Notes: generated by a model not told the origin, from the sequence alone. A stretch of 64,000 bases of DNA from Actinobacteria bacterium UBA7524 (GCA_002478275.1 DLMY01000059.1:1-64000); one strand, 5' to 3'; counted from the first letter of the stretch, positions 1 to 10,800 are shown. A program made the numbers and translations.

Positions 1-1545
1 GTCACCGCCACCGACCCTGCGGGCAACAGCGCGCAAGACTCTGTGACCTTCACGATCGCCTACGACACCGACACGACCCCGCCGGACCTCACCGTCCTCG
101 GCGTCGAGAACGGCGTCACCTACAGCACCCCCGTCACCCCGACGGCAAGCTCCACCGACCCGTCGGCCGAGATCACCGCTACGCTCAACGGCGCTCCATA
201 CACCCCGGGCACGCAGATCTCTGCCGAGGGCGACTACACCCTGGTAGTCACGGCCACTGACCCGGCGGGCAACTCCACGACCGTGACCATAGAGTTCTCC
301 ATCTCACTGTCCGACACGACACCGCCGCCAGCGCCGTTGAACCTCACGGCCGTCGCGGACACGGACGCCATCATCGTCACCTGGAACTCGGTAAGCGCGC
401 CCGATCTCGCCAATTACATGCTCTACCGCGCGACCTCCTCCGATGGACCGTTCACCCTCATAGCCAACGTCCCCGCTGGCGCCACGACGTACACCGATCC
501 GGACGTCGACGTCCAGACTCGCTACTATTATCAGGTCACCGCAGTCGACACGTCGTCCAACGAGAGCGCCCGCTCGAACACCGCGAGCGCCCTTATCGAT
601 CCGCGCGTCGTCCGTCTGTGGGGTCCGAACAGGATCGACACCGCAGTGGACATCTCCAGCAACACGTTCTCCTCGGCGGATACGGTTATCATCGCCACGA
701 GCAGGCACTTCGCGGACGCACTGGCGGCCTCTGGACTGGCGGGCTCGTACGAGGCGCCGCTCTTGCTCACTGAGCAGGGCAGGCTACCGGCCGCTACCGC
801 GAACGAGATAAGGCGCCTCGGGGCGCGGCAGGCAATCATCGTCGGCGGACCGGCGGCGGTAGGGGAGCAGGTCGCTGCCGCCCTGAGGTCGCAGGGGCTG
901 ACCGTCAGCCGCCACGGTGGACCAACGCGCTATGAGACCGCGGTACTGATCGCCGAGGAGATCGAAGTCAACGAGCAGCGTCACGGCAGGCCGTTCACCA
1001 AGCAGATCTTCGTCGCGCGCGGGACGTTCTTCCCGGACGCGCTGGCTGTCTCTCCGCTGGCATACTCCCTCCGCGCACCGATCATGCTGACCAAGCCGAC
1101 CTCGGTCTCCGGGTCGGTCGTCGAGTACGTCTCGACTGGGGACTTCGACTCCCAGTTCGTCGCCGGCGGCCCTGATGCGGTGCCCTACGACCTGGAGACC
1201 CAGCTCGCCAGCGCAGGGACCATGACCACCATCCGCATGGGCGGCAAAGACAGGTACGAGACCGGTGCCCTGGTCGCGGAGTACGGCGTCAATCAGGGCT
1301 GGACAGAATGGAAGAGCATCGGCATCGCGACCGGTGCCGACTTCCCTGACGCCCTCACCGGAGGAGTCGCGATGGGCGAGCGCGGCGGCGTCCTCATGGT
1401 GACGCGTCCTACCTCGCTCAGTCCTGTGGTCGAGCAGCGCATCGTGGCCCACAAGGCATCTATCTTCGAATACCGCCTGTTCGGAGGCACGGTAGCCCTG
1501 AGTGAGAACGTAGCCAACCAGATCAAAGACCTGATTGGACAGTAG
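1..1545 (+). CDS. Cell-surface protein with Ig-like repeats, a fibronectin type III domain and three C-terminal cell-wall-binding 2 (CWB2) repeats; 5'-truncated by the window edge
   Basis: Frame is open from base 1 (VTATDPAGNS, repeated at ~247). FN3-like PAPLNLTA...YYYQVTAVD...NES. CWB2 signatures RLWGPNRIDTA/FADALA, GGPTRYETA/FPDALA, GGKDRYETG/FPDALTG. Confidence 0.88.
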   Translation, partial: VTATDPAGNSAQDSVTFTIAYDTDTTPPDLTVLGVENGVTYSTPVTPTASSTDPSAEITATLNGAPYTPGTQISAEGDYTLVVTATDPAGNSTTVTIEFSISLSDTTPPPAPLNLTAVADTDAIIVTWNSVSAPDLANYMLYRATSSDGPFTLIANVPAGATTYTDPDVDVQTRYYYQVTAVDTSSNESARSNTASALIDPRVVRLWGPNRIDTAVDISSNTFSSADTVIIATSRHFADALAASGLAGSYEAPLLLTEQGRLPAATANEIRRLGARQAIIVGGPAAVGEQVAAALRSQGLTVSRHGGPTRYETAVLIAEEIEVNEQRHGRPFTKQIFVARGTFFPDALAVSPLAYSLRAPIMLTKPTSVSGSVVEYVSTGDFDSQFVAGGPDAVPYDLETQLASAGTMTTIRMGGKDRYETGALVAEYGVNQGWTEWKSIGIATGADFPDALTGGVAMGERGGVLMVTRPTSLSPVVEQRIVAHKASIFEYRLFGGTVALSENVANQIKDLIGQ

Positions 1546-1651
1546 AGAGACGGGCCGCCACAGGCGTTCCTCGGCAGGTTGTGGCAGAATACCTGGATAG
1601 ACACACACGTTACCGCGGGCGAGACACCCGCTCTGTATGCAGGAGACAAAG

Positions 1652-2548
1652 ATGACCACACCGCGATTCGGCCGGCTGCTGACCGCGATGGTGACACCGT
1701 TCACCCCGGACAGAGAACTCGACCTCGATCGCGCGCAGGATCTCGCCGTGCGGCTCCTCGATCAGGGCAACGAGGGATTGATCGTCTGCGGCACCACGGG
1801 TGAGTCGCCCACGGTGTTCTACCCTCAGAAGCTCGAGCTGTTCCGCGCCGTGCTCGATGCCGTGGGAGGACGAGCTCCTGTCGTAGCGAACGCCGGTGAC
1901 AACTGCACCGCCGACAGCGTGGAGTTCGCACGAAAGGTCCAGGATCTCGGTGTAGACGCGATCATGGCGGTCGTGCCGTACTACAACAAGCCGCCGCAAG
2001 AGGGTCTGTACCAGCACTTCCGGTCGATTGCCGAGGCTGTCGACCTGCCGGTCATCCTCTACAACATCCCTGGGCGCTGCGTGATCAACATGACCGCCGA
2101 GACGACGCTTCGGCTCGCTCACGACTGCGAGAACATCGTCGCGGTCAAGGAGGCGAGTGGTGACCTGGGGCAGGTCGCGCAGATCATCGCGGGTGCGCCG
2201 GACGGCTTCGAAGTCCTCTCTGGTGACGATGAGATGACCTTGCCGATGATGGGTCTGGGCGCCACCGGCGTCATCAGCGTCGTCGCTCACGTCGCATGCG
2301 CACAGTTCAAAGAGATGATCGAGTCCCAGGCGGCGGGGGACCACACCAGGGCCCTGCGACTGCACCTCGAGCTTCTTCCCCTGATGAAGGCGCTGTTCAT
2401 GACCGCCAACCCGATCATGGTCAAAGACGCGCTCCGGCTCGTGGGCTTCCCCGTAGGAGGGGTACGCCTGCCGCTGGTCGACGCAACGCCGGAGCAGTCA
2501 GCGGAGCTTGAGCGCATCATGCGTCATGCGGGGATCCTGCCGGTCTGA
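1652..2548 (+). CDS. dapA: 4-hydroxy-tetrahydrodipicolinate synthase
   Basis: TAMVTPF, GTTGESPT, PYYNKP, LYNIPGR, VKEASG motifs; AGGAG RBS before ATG 1652. Confidence 0.96.
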   Translation: MTTPRFGRLLTAMVTPFTPDRELDLDRAQDLAVRLLDQGNEGLIVCGTTGESPTVFYPQKLELFRAVLDAVGGRAPVVANAGDNCTADSVEFARKVQDLGVDAIMAVVPYYNKPPQEGLYQHFRSIAEAVDLPVILYNIPGRCVINMTAETTLRLAHDCENIVAVKEASGDLGQVAQIIAGAPDGFEVLSGDDEMTLPMMGLGATGVISVVAHVACAQFKEMIESQAAGDHTRALRLHLELLPLMKALFMTANPIMVKDALRLVGFPVGGVRLPLVDATPEQSAELERIMRHAGILPV

Positions 2549-2573
2549 GCGCCGGACCCGCCCATCCGACCGA

Positions 2574-2597
2574 AATGTCGCACCCATGTGCGACATT
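2574..2597. terminator. Perfect 10-bp inverted repeat between dapA and rnj (hairpin or operator)
   Basis: AATGTCGCAC-ccat-GTGCGACATT; no U-tract. Confidence 0.4.
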
Positions 2598-2669
2598 GCA
2601 CGTGACCTTGTACGTCAGACCGCGCCATCAGGGCGGTCGCTCTATCGGAAGTGAGTACACCTACAACCT

Positions 2670-4337
2670 ATGACACAGAAGAAGAATCGCCTTCGCATCA
2701 TCCCTCTCGGAGGGCTTGATGAGATCGGCAAGAACATGACCGTGTTCGAGTGCGGCAACGACATGGTCGTCATCGACGCGGGCATCATGTTTCCCGATGA
2801 CGATCATCCGGGCGTCGACCTCGTACTCCCGGACTTCAGCTACGTCGTCAAACGCAAGGACAAGCTCCGTGGCATCGTGATCACCCACGGCCACGAGGAC
2901 CATACCGGAACACTGCCTTACCTGCTCAAGGAGCTGGGCGACAAGGTCCCGGTACTCGGCACGAAGCTCACCCTCGGCCTCATCCAGGGCAAGCTCGACG
3001 AGCACGGGATCAAGAAGGCGAAGCTGCGCGAGATCCGTGCCGGAGCCCACGTGAACCTCGGTTCGTTCGGTCTGGACTTCATGGCCATCAACCATTCGAT
3101 CCCTGACGGGGTCGCCGTGATGATCCGGACGCCGTTCGGCAACATCCTGCACACCGGCGACTTCAAGTTCGACCAGACGCCGGTCGACGGCAGGCTCACG
3201 GACTACCAGGAGCTTGCCAAGGCCGGCAAGCAAGGCATCCTGCTGCTGATGAGTGACTCCACGAACGCGGAATCGCCGGACATCACCCGCTCTGAGGCCT
3301 CGGTCGGCCCCGCGCTCCATTCGATCATGGCGAATGCGGAACAGCGGGTGATCGTCGCCTCCTTCTCCAGTCACCTCCACCGGCTCCAGCAGGTCTGCGA
3401 TGCTGCCGTGGCGTGCGATCGAAAGGTCGTGGTCACCGGCAGGTCGATGATCAACAACACCAAGATCGCACGCCGTCTCGGATACCTCGATATCGCCGAG
3501 GAGAACCTGATCGACGCATACGAACTCGGCGACCTGCCGCCCGAGCAGGTCTGCGTGCTCTCCACCGGCAGCCAGGGCGAGCCTCTCTCCGCGCTCGCGC
3601 GGATGGCGAACGGCGACCATCGCACGGTCCAGATCGAGCGCGGCGACACGGTCATCATCTCCGCATCGCCCGTGCCCGGGAACGAGAAGGCCGTCGGCCG
3701 CGTCATCAACCGGCTCATCAAAGCCGGCGCCCACGTCAAGCACAAAGGCAACTCCCCGGTACACGTCTCCGGTCATGCCGGCGCCGAGGAACTCAAGATG
3801 ATGCTGAACCTCATCGAGCCGAAGTACTTCGTCCCGATCCACGGTGAACCGCGCCATCTTCATGCGCACGCCGATCTCGCCCGACAGGTCGGGATCGCAT
3901 CCGAGGACATCTTCGTCATGGAGAACGGTGACTGCCTTGAGATCACTGAGACCTCAGCGCGTCTGACTGAGAAGGTCGAGTCCGGAGTCGTCTACGTCGA
4001 CGGTCTGTCCGTCGGAGACGTCGGCAAGATCATCCTTCGCGACAGGCAAGCGCTCGCCCGTGACGGCATCGCGACGATCGTCATCGCGATCGACGCGTCC
4101 ACCGGCAAGCCGGCGGGAGAGCCTGAGCTCGTCATGAGGGGCGTCACCGTCTCGGAGAGCGACCGCCTGCTCGAAGAAGCCCGCGCTCGTGTGGCCAAGA
4201 CCCTGGCGAAAACCGCAAAAGAGGGTGCGACAGACCACAACGTGATCTCGAACGCGGTCCGCGAGTCCCTGTCGCAATTCCTGTGGGAGCGGATCCGGCG
4301 CCGGCCGATGATCATCCCCGTCGTCATGGAGGTCTGA
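2670..4337 (+). CDS. rnj: Ribonuclease J
   Basis: PLGGLDEIGKNM, THGHEDHTG, HTGDFK, HVSGHA, PIHGE, C-terminal RRPMIIPV. Confidence 0.97.
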   Translation: MTQKKNRLRIIPLGGLDEIGKNMTVFECGNDMVVIDAGIMFPDDDHPGVDLVLPDFSYVVKRKDKLRGIVITHGHEDHTGTLPYLLKELGDKVPVLGTKLTLGLIQGKLDEHGIKKAKLREIRAGAHVNLGSFGLDFMAINHSIPDGVAVMIRTPFGNILHTGDFKFDQTPVDGRLTDYQELAKAGKQGILLLMSDSTNAESPDITRSEASVGPALHSIMANAEQRVIVASFSSHLHRLQQVCDAAVACDRKVVVTGRSMINNTKIARRLGYLDIAEENLIDAYELGDLPPEQVCVLSTGSQGEPLSALARMANGDHRTVQIERGDTVIISASPVPGNEKAVGRVINRLIKAGAHVKHKGNSPVHVSGHAGAEELKMMLNLIEPKYFVPIHGEPRHLHAHADLARQVGIASEDIFVMENGDCLEITETSARLTEKVESGVVYVDGLSVGDVGKIILRDRQALARDGIATIVIAIDASTGKPAGEPELVMRGVTVSESDRLLEEARARVAKTLAKTAKEGATDHNVISNAVRESLSQFLWERIRRRPMIIPVVMEV

Positions 4338-4341
4338 GGGG

Positions 4342-5145
4342 ATGGCAGAAGCACTCAGGGCGCTACTGCTCGGAGCTGTACAGGGGGTCGCCGAGTTCTT
4401 GCCGATATCGTCTTCCGGTCACCTCCGGGTGATACAGGACGTGTTCGGCTGGACCGAGGAGTTCGGACTGGCCTTCGACACGCTCCTGCATCTCGCCACG
4501 CTGCTCGCGGTCGTCATCTACTTCCGCGAAGACATCTGGCACATGCTCAAGGCGGCATTCTCTCGCCGTTCTGAGGTCGCCAGCGACCGGCGTCTCGCCT
4601 GGCTCGTGGTCGTTGCCACGGTCCCGACAGGCCTGATCGGCCTTGTAGGGTCGGACTGGTTCGAGACGGCCCCCACGCTCTACGTGGGCATCGCCTTCCT
4701 GGTCACAAGCGCAGCACTCACAGCCGCCGACAGGTGGTCCCGCAAATCGCTGCATGACGCCTCGAACCTTCACTGGTGGCGTGCGATCGTCGTGGGCATC
4801 GCCCAGGGCGTGGCGATCATGCCCGGCATCTCACGCGCGGGAGCGACGATGGTAGCCGGACTCGGAATGGATCTGGACCGTGAGCAGGCTGCGCGTTTCT
4901 CGTTCCTGCTCTCGACCCCCATCATCCTTCTGGCCGGCGCGAAGCAAGGACTCGACATACTCGTCGAGGGCACCCACATTCCGGGACTCGTGGCGATACT
5001 CGTTGGCTTCGTCGCGGCCTCAGTCACCGGCTACCTCGCCATTGCGGGACTCATGCGGTTCATCCGGCACCACTCCTTCAGCGTGTTCGCCATCTACACG
5101 GCACTACTGGGCACCAGCGTGATAGTCTGGCAATTGGCTGTGTAG
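4342..5145 (+). CDS. uppP: Undecaprenyl-diphosphate phosphatase (BacA)
   Basis: QGVAEFLPISSSGHL, PGISRAGAT, AARFSFLLSTP; hydrophobic. Confidence 0.95.
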   Translation: MAEALRALLLGAVQGVAEFLPISSSGHLRVIQDVFGWTEEFGLAFDTLLHLATLLAVVIYFREDIWHMLKAAFSRRSEVASDRRLAWLVVVATVPTGLIGLVGSDWFETAPTLYVGIAFLVTSAALTAADRWSRKSLHDASNLHWWRAIVVGIAQGVAIMPGISRAGATMVAGLGMDLDREQAARFSFLLSTPIILLAGAKQGLDILVEGTHIPGLVAILVGFVAASVTGYLAIAGLMRFIRHHSFSVFAIYTALLGTSVIVWQLAV

Positions 5146-5181
5146 TAGGCACATCACGAGCTGATCTCACGAAAGGGCACG

Positions 5182-7419
5182 ATGGCGACCAAACGTCAGA
5201 AGAAGGGGACAGCAAGCTCGAGGACAGCGCGCAAGAACAGTGCGCCCGCGACATCGGCTTCGGTTCTGGACCCTGACTCACGAAACGACATCATCGGCAT
5301 CAGCCTCTCCGCCTTCGCCATAGCCATCGCGGTGGCGTTGTTGACGCAAGGCACCGGCATCGTCGGCAAGGCGGTCGCCGACATTCTGCGCATGGCATTC
5401 GGCGCCGGCGCGTACGTACTGCCGGTTCTCCTGCTGCTGTGGGGCGTGAGCTTCTTCGTACGGGCATTCGCCATTGCCGAACGACGCGTCGGTGCCGGAC
5501 TGGGCCTCATTCTCCTCGCACTCATCTCGATCCTTGCTGTCTCGGTACCGGCAGATGTGCGCTGGGACGGGCCACAACTCCAGGCGCACGGTGGTTACGT
5601 CGGCGGTGCTCTTGCGTGGATCCTGACCTCCCTTGTCGGCAGCACCATCTCCTACGTCCTGCTCGGAGCTCTGATGCTGATCGGATTGGTCGTCACCGGC
5701 CTCTCCATCTCGGGTCTCGTCGACTGGGTCTCGGCTCACTACTCTCCCAGAGAACCCGCCGAGGAGCCGAACCGGCGTCCTGCCCGCAACGCGCGGACCA
5801 TGGCGCTCGCCGACGTCGACGACAAGGAAGCGGACGCTGAGGGCGAGGGCCGTTCGCGCGCTCGCCGCAAGTCACAAGAGGCCGAGCGCGACCCGCAAGC
5901 ACGCAAGCAGACCGTCCCCACACCGCGGACCGCGACGCCCCGGGCTATGGAGGGTTTCGTCCTGCCAGACATCAGTCTGCTCGCGCGTACCCACCAGGCC
6001 GCCTCGACCCATCGAGCCTCCGACAGAGAGCTCAAAGCCACCGCCTCGCTCATTGAGGAGACCCTGGCCACGTTCGACATACCGGTCAAAGTCGTCGGCT
6101 GGATACCGGGACCCACCGTGACCATGTTCGAACTCGAACTGCCACGGGGCATAAAGGTGAATCGCGTGACTCGGCTCGCGGACGACATCGCGCTCGCACT
6201 CGCCACCACGACCGTTCGCATCCTGGCTCCGATACCCGGCAAGTCCCTTGTCGGCATCGAAGTCCCCAATGACCGCCGCTCGACTGTCACGCTCGGAGAC
6301 ATCATGCGCGAAGGCGGCTCGGTCGACGGAGGACCGCTGGTACTCGGAATCGGCAAGGACGTCTCCGGGGAGAGCGTGCTCGCGGACTTGGCGACGATGC
6401 CTCACCTGCTCATCGCAGGCTCGACCGGTACCGGAAAATCGGTCTGCATCAACGCGCTGCTGTGCAGCATCCTCATCCGCGCGACACCCAGCGAAGTGCG
6501 GCTCATCCTCATCGACCCCAAGCGTATCGAACTCTCGCTCTACAACGGGGTCCCTCACCTCTACGTGCCCGTGGTCACCGAGGCGAAAGAGGCCGCGAGC
6601 GCCCTCGCATGGGCGGTATCCGAGATGGACCGCCGGCTCAAGGTGCTCCAGAAAGCAGGCGCGCGCAACATCGCCATGTACAACGCGATGGTCCATGACG
6701 GCAAACTCGGTGATGACGCCGAGGAGATGCCGTACCTGGTGATAGTCATCGACGAGTTGGCCGACCTCATGATGGTCGCCGCACGTGAGGTCGAAGACTC
6801 GATCTGCCGACTGGCGCAGCTCGCACGTGCAGCGGGCATACATCTCATAGTCGCGACGCAAAGGCCGAGCACCGACATCATCACGGGTCTCATCAAGACC
6901 AATATCACCAACCGTATCGCCTTCGCGGTCGGAAGCAGCATCGACAGCAGGGTCATCCTCGACCAGCCCGGTGCGGAGCGCCTCGTCGGTCTGGGCGACA
7001 TGCTGTTCTCGACGCCCGCACTCTCCAAGCCGCGTCGCATCCAGGGAGCGTTCGTCACGGAAGACGAGATCTCCTCGATCGTCGACCACGTCCGCACCCA
7101 GGCCGAACCCGACTATCACGAAGAGATCCTGCACCTGAAGGTCGCCGCGTCGGGCGGGGGAGTAGAAGGTCCCGATGACGATGACCCGTTGCTCTGGGAA
7201 GCCGCCGACATCGTCGTCACGAGCGGCATGGGCTCCACCTCACTCCTGCAGCGACGGCTCAAGGTCGGGTATGCACGCGCGGGACGTATCATGGACATGC
7301 TCGAAGCGAAGGGGATCGTCGGTCCGCCCGACGGAAGCCGTCCCCGCGACGTGATCGCAGACATCGAAGACCTCGAGACGATCAAGCGGATCGATCGTGA
7401 AGACATGGAGGACATGTAA
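5182..7419 (+). CDS. ftsK: DNA translocase FtsK/SpoIIIE
   Basis: N-terminal TM helices, PHLLIAGSTGTGKS, IDELADLMM, ATQRPS, gamma domain LQRRLKVGYARAGRIMD. Confidence 0.97.
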   Translation: MATKRQKKGTASSRTARKNSAPATSASVLDPDSRNDIIGISLSAFAIAIAVALLTQGTGIVGKAVADILRMAFGAGAYVLPVLLLLWGVSFFVRAFAIAERRVGAGLGLILLALISILAVSVPADVRWDGPQLQAHGGYVGGALAWILTSLVGSTISYVLLGALMLIGLVVTGLSISGLVDWVSAHYSPREPAEEPNRRPARNARTMALADVDDKEADAEGEGRSRARRKSQEAERDPQARKQTVPTPRTATPRAMEGFVLPDISLLARTHQAASTHRASDRELKATASLIEETLATFDIPVKVVGWIPGPTVTMFELELPRGIKVNRVTRLADDIALALATTTVRILAPIPGKSLVGIEVPNDRRSTVTLGDIMREGGSVDGGPLVLGIGKDVSGESVLADLATMPHLLIAGSTGTGKSVCINALLCSILIRATPSEVRLILIDPKRIELSLYNGVPHLYVPVVTEAKEAASALAWAVSEMDRRLKVLQKAGARNIAMYNAMVHDGKLGDDAEEMPYLVIVIDELADLMMVAAREVEDSICRLAQLARAAGIHLIVATQRPSTDIITGLIKTNITNRIAFAVGSSIDSRVILDQPGAERLVGLGDMLFSTPALSKPRRIQGAFVTEDEISSIVDHVRTQAEPDYHEEILHLKVAASGGGVEGPDDDDPLLWEAADIVVTSGMGSTSLLQRRLKVGYARAGRIMDMLEAKGIVGPPDGSRPRDVIADIEDLETIKRIDREDMEDM

Positions 7420-8232
7420 GTGCAGGACCCGTTCGACAGCAGATCCAATTCCCTGGGAGACGCTCTTGCCAAGGCGAGGCGCCAACTGGGCAGATCAATC
7501 TCGGAAGCCGAGTCGGTCACGCGCATCCGCGCCAAGCTGCTCGATGCACTCGAGAAGGGCGACTACGACGTCCTTCCGAACCCCGCGTACGTTCGCGGGT
7601 ACATCATCAGCTATGCCAAGTTCCTCGAACTCGATCCCAAGCCCCTGCTCGAGCTCTACGCCGAGGAAAGCGGTCATCATCACACCCGCGAACAGCTCCG
7701 CGCGCCGGAACAGGTCGTCGCACCAAGGGAAAGCACTCTGTTCGTTCCGGCACGCACGGCCCTGCTGGTTGCAGCAGCCATCGCGATCATCGCCCTTGCC
7801 GTGTGGGGCATCGGACGGGCAGTAAGGGGCCCCGAGGAACTTCCGCCCGTGCCCATCTCACCCGAGGCCACCTCGACCGTCGATTCCCCGCCCGCTCAGA
7901 TGGGGGAGACAGCCACGATCGCGCCAGACGGAAGTGACACGGCACCAACGACCCCGGATACCAGTGCACCCCCCGGCACGCCCTTTGAACTGCGGATCGA
8001 CATCTCGCCAGAAGGCGCATCATGGCTCCGCGTGACCGTCGACGGACTCACCGCCTACGAGGGCACACTCGCCGGCGGCCAGTCCAAGGAATGGCAGGTC
8101 ACGGATACAGCGGTGATACGTGTAGGCAAACCGTCGGCCGTCACCGTCACGCGCAACGGTACGCCCGTGCGGCTCCCGACATCCGAGAACACACCCGAAC
8201 TGACCTTGTCCGTCGACGATCCTGCCGAATAG
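7420..8232 (+). CDS. rodZ: RodZ-family helix-turn-helix membrane protein (DUF4115 C-terminus)
   Basis: N-terminal HTH (TRIRAKLLDALEKGDY...YVRGYIISYAKFLELD), one TM helix, C-terminal SWLRVTVDG; ftsK-rodZ-rimO-pgsA synteny. Confidence 0.85.
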   Translation: MQDPFDSRSNSLGDALAKARRQLGRSISEAESVTRIRAKLLDALEKGDYDVLPNPAYVRGYIISYAKFLELDPKPLLELYAEESGHHHTREQLRAPEQVVAPRESTLFVPARTALLVAAAIAIIALAVWGIGRAVRGPEELPPVPISPEATSTVDSPPAQMGETATIAPDGSDTAPTTPDTSAPPGTPFELRIDISPEGASWLRVTVDGLTAYEGTLAGGQSKEWQVTDTAVIRVGKPSAVTVTRNGTPVRLPTSENTPELTLSVDDPAE

Positions 8233-8294
8233 GCCAGGGTCGCTCAACGTGCTTCGCACAAGGGCGAACACGTTGCATCTGAGGGAGGAACACC

Positions 8295-8792
8295 ATGTCG
8301 AAAGACCAGAGTTTCGATGTAGTCAGCCAGGTGGACCTGCAGGAGGCCGACAACGCAGTCCAGCAAGCCGCCAAGGAACTCGTTCAGCGCTACGACCTCA
8401 AGAGCACCGGTTCGACCGTCACGCTCGACAAGGCGGCCTCCACTGTCACCATCACGGCACCAAGCGACTTCGTGCTCACCCAGGTCAAAGACGTGCTGAA
8501 CACGAAGCTGGTCAAGCGCGGCATCGACCTCAACGCGCTGGCCTGGGGCGAGGTGCAGTCGGCGTCAGGCGGCACCGTGCGTACCACAGGCCACATCGTC
8601 AACGGTATCGAGGCGGAGCTCGCCCGCAGGATCAACAAGGAGATCCGCGACGAGAAGTTCAAGGTGAAGGTCCAGATCGAAGGTGACAAGCTCCGCGTCT
8701 TCTCGCCCAAACGTGACGTGCTCCAAGACGTCATCACCTTCCTGAAGTCGCAGGACTACGGCATCCCGCTGCAGTTCGTCAATTACCGCTAG
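8295..8792 (+). CDS. yajQ: YajQ-family nucleotide/c-di-GMP-binding protein
   Basis: SFDVVSQVDLQE, RYDLK, QIEGDKLRV, KRDVLQ, PLQFVNYR. Confidence 0.95.
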   Translation: MSKDQSFDVVSQVDLQEADNAVQQAAKELVQRYDLKSTGSTVTLDKAASTVTITAPSDFVLTQVKDVLNTKLVKRGIDLNALAWGEVQSASGGTVRTTGHIVNGIEAELARRINKEIRDEKFKVKVQIEGDKLRVFSPKRDVLQDVITFLKSQDYGIPLQFVNYR

Positions 8793-8797
8793 CTCAG

Positions 8798-10168
8798 GTG
8801 ACGGCAGTCGACACGACAACGAACGCAGGACCGGTCGCGCTCGTCACCCTCGGATGTCCCAAGAACGAGGTGGACTCCGACCGTATGCGCGCGCGCCTGG
8901 AATCTCACGGGTACGAGATCACCGACGACCTCGCAACAGCCCGTATCGCCATCGTGAACACCTGCGGCTTCATCCAAGACGCGGTGGAGGAGTCCATCGC
9001 CGAGACCCTCGATCTCGCCGAGTGGCGTGATGCACAGCCAGGCAGGCTCTTGGTGGTCGCCGGATGTATGGTCTCGCGCTATGGCGACGGGCTGAGCGAC
9101 AGCCTCGATGAGGCCGATGCGTTCGTCCCGGTGTGCGATGAACCGCGGATCGCCGAGATCGTCGATGTCCTCGTGCAGGCGAGCGAGACCAACGCCGGAG
9201 CCGCGTCAACACCCCGGCCAGCCGCCTCACCCGCGAACCCCGCCGCCCCGGAAGGCACCGCGCGCACGACGACGCATGGCTCCTCGGCGTACCTGATGAT
9301 CAGCGACGGGTGCTCGCGCGCCTGTTCGTTCTGCACGATACCGGCCATACGCGGACCGTACCGCTCAGTCCCGTACGAGACGGTACTCGACGAGGCCCGT
9401 ATGCTCATCGCATCCGGCGTGCGTGAACTGGTCCTCATCGGACAGGACACGTCCTCGTGGGGCCGGGACCTCACCGAGGGCCGCGCGCTCGCCGACCTCG
9501 TCGCCGGTCTCGCGGTGATCGACGGCCTCTCGTGGCTCCGGCTGCTCTACGTACAGCCCGACAGCATCACCGACGAGCTGCTCGAGACCATGGCCGCGCA
9601 CCCGACGGTGTGCAGGTATCTCGACATTCCGCTGCAGCACTCCTCGGGTAGTGTGCTGCGCGCGATGAATCGCACCGGTTCCGCCGAGGAGTTCCTGCCG
9701 CTGTTGGCACGCATCCGTGGGATCATGCCGGATGTCACCTTGCGCACCTCGCTCATCACGGGTTTCCCGGGCGAAAGCCGCAGCGACTTCGAAGGGCTCC
9801 TGGAGTTCGTGGAACGCGCGGCATTCGACTACGTAGGCGTGTTCCCGTACTCGCCCGAACCCGGCACGCGCGCGGTCGACCTCGAGCGTCTGCCCGCGAA
9901 ACGCACCCGTCTTGCACGTGCACAGCGCTTGCGTGACGTAGCTGACGCGGTCAGTACCAGCCGGGTCTCCGAGCTGGAGGGCGCCCGTATCGACGTGCTG
10001 GTCGATGGTGTGGACGAGGAGGGTGTCTGTGTGGGACGCTGGCGCGGACAAGCTCCCGAGATCGATGGAGTGGTCCTGCTCGACCGGCACGTCCCCGCTG
10101 GTGACATCGTGCCCGTCCGGGTCACCGGCACACTCCTGTACGACCTCGAAGGTGAGGTACTGACGTGA
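8798..10168 (+). CDS. rimO: Ribosomal protein S12 methylthiotransferase
   Basis: LGCPKNEVDS, NTCGFI, radical-SAM CSRACSFC, YLDIPLQH, QAPEIDG. Confidence 0.94.
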   Translation: MTAVDTTTNAGPVALVTLGCPKNEVDSDRMRARLESHGYEITDDLATARIAIVNTCGFIQDAVEESIAETLDLAEWRDAQPGRLLVVAGCMVSRYGDGLSDSLDEADAFVPVCDEPRIAEIVDVLVQASETNAGAASTPRPAASPANPAAPEGTARTTTHGSSAYLMISDGCSRACSFCTIPAIRGPYRSVPYETVLDEARMLIASGVRELVLIGQDTSSWGRDLTEGRALADLVAGLAVIDGLSWLRLLYVQPDSITDELLETMAAHPTVCRYLDIPLQHSSGSVLRAMNRTGSAEEFLPLLARIRGIMPDVTLRTSLITGFPGESRSDFEGLLEFVERAAFDYVGVFPYSPEPGTRAVDLERLPAKRTRLARAQRLRDVADAVSTSRVSELEGARIDVLVDGVDEEGVCVGRWRGQAPEIDGVVLLDRHVPAGDIVPVRVTGTLLYDLEGEVLT

Positions 10169-10800
10169 AGGCCCTGCTCAATCCGGCGAACAAGGTGACC
10201 TTGCTGAGGATGTTCTTCATTCCGGTGTTCGTTGTCGCCTTGCTGGCCAATCTGCCGGTCTGGGGACCGATCTGGGCGGCGCTCCTGTTCACGGCGCTCG
10301 CCGCGACAGACGCCGTCGACGGCTACCTGGCTCGCAGCCGCAACGAGGTGACCAACTTCGGCAAACTGATCGACCCTCTTGCCGACAAGTTGCTCGTCAC
10401 GGCAGCGCTCGTCGTTCTCGTCGAACTCGGCCAGATACCCGCCTGGATCGCGCTCGTCATCATCTCCCGCGAGTTCATCGTGACGGGTCTGCGCATGATC
10501 GCCATCGTCGAAGGCCGGATCATCTCGGCAGGCTCCTTCGGCAAAGCGAAGACGGTCTTGCAGATCATCGCCATCGTCGGCTTCATCATCAAAGACAGCC
10601 AGCCCGTAGCCATGCTCGGGGAGTGGATCTGGGCCGGTGGCGATCTCGTCTTGTACATGAACATCCTGTCCTGGGTGATCATGGCCGTCGCACTGGTCCT
10701 CACCATCTGGTCGATGGTCGACTACTTCTACCACGCACGCGACGTCATTCAGCTGCCGACGGTCCAGCGGGAGCAAGACCACCACCCCGAAGACGAATGA
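10165..10800 (+). CDS. pgsA: CDP-diacylglycerol--glycerol-3-phosphate 3-phosphatidyltransferase
   Basis: NPANKVTLLR, TDAVDGYLARSRNEVTNFGKLIDPLADK, SREFIVTGLR. Confidence 0.95.
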   Translation: MKALLNPANKVTLLRMFFIPVFVVALLANLPVWGPIWAALLFTALAATDAVDGYLARSRNEVTNFGKLIDPLADKLLVTAALVVLVELGQIPAWIALVIISREFIVTGLRMIAIVEGRIISAGSFGKAKTVLQIIAIVGFIIKDSQPVAMLGEWIWAGGDLVLYMNILSWVIMAVALVLTIWSMVDYFYHARDVIQLPTVQREQDHHPEDE

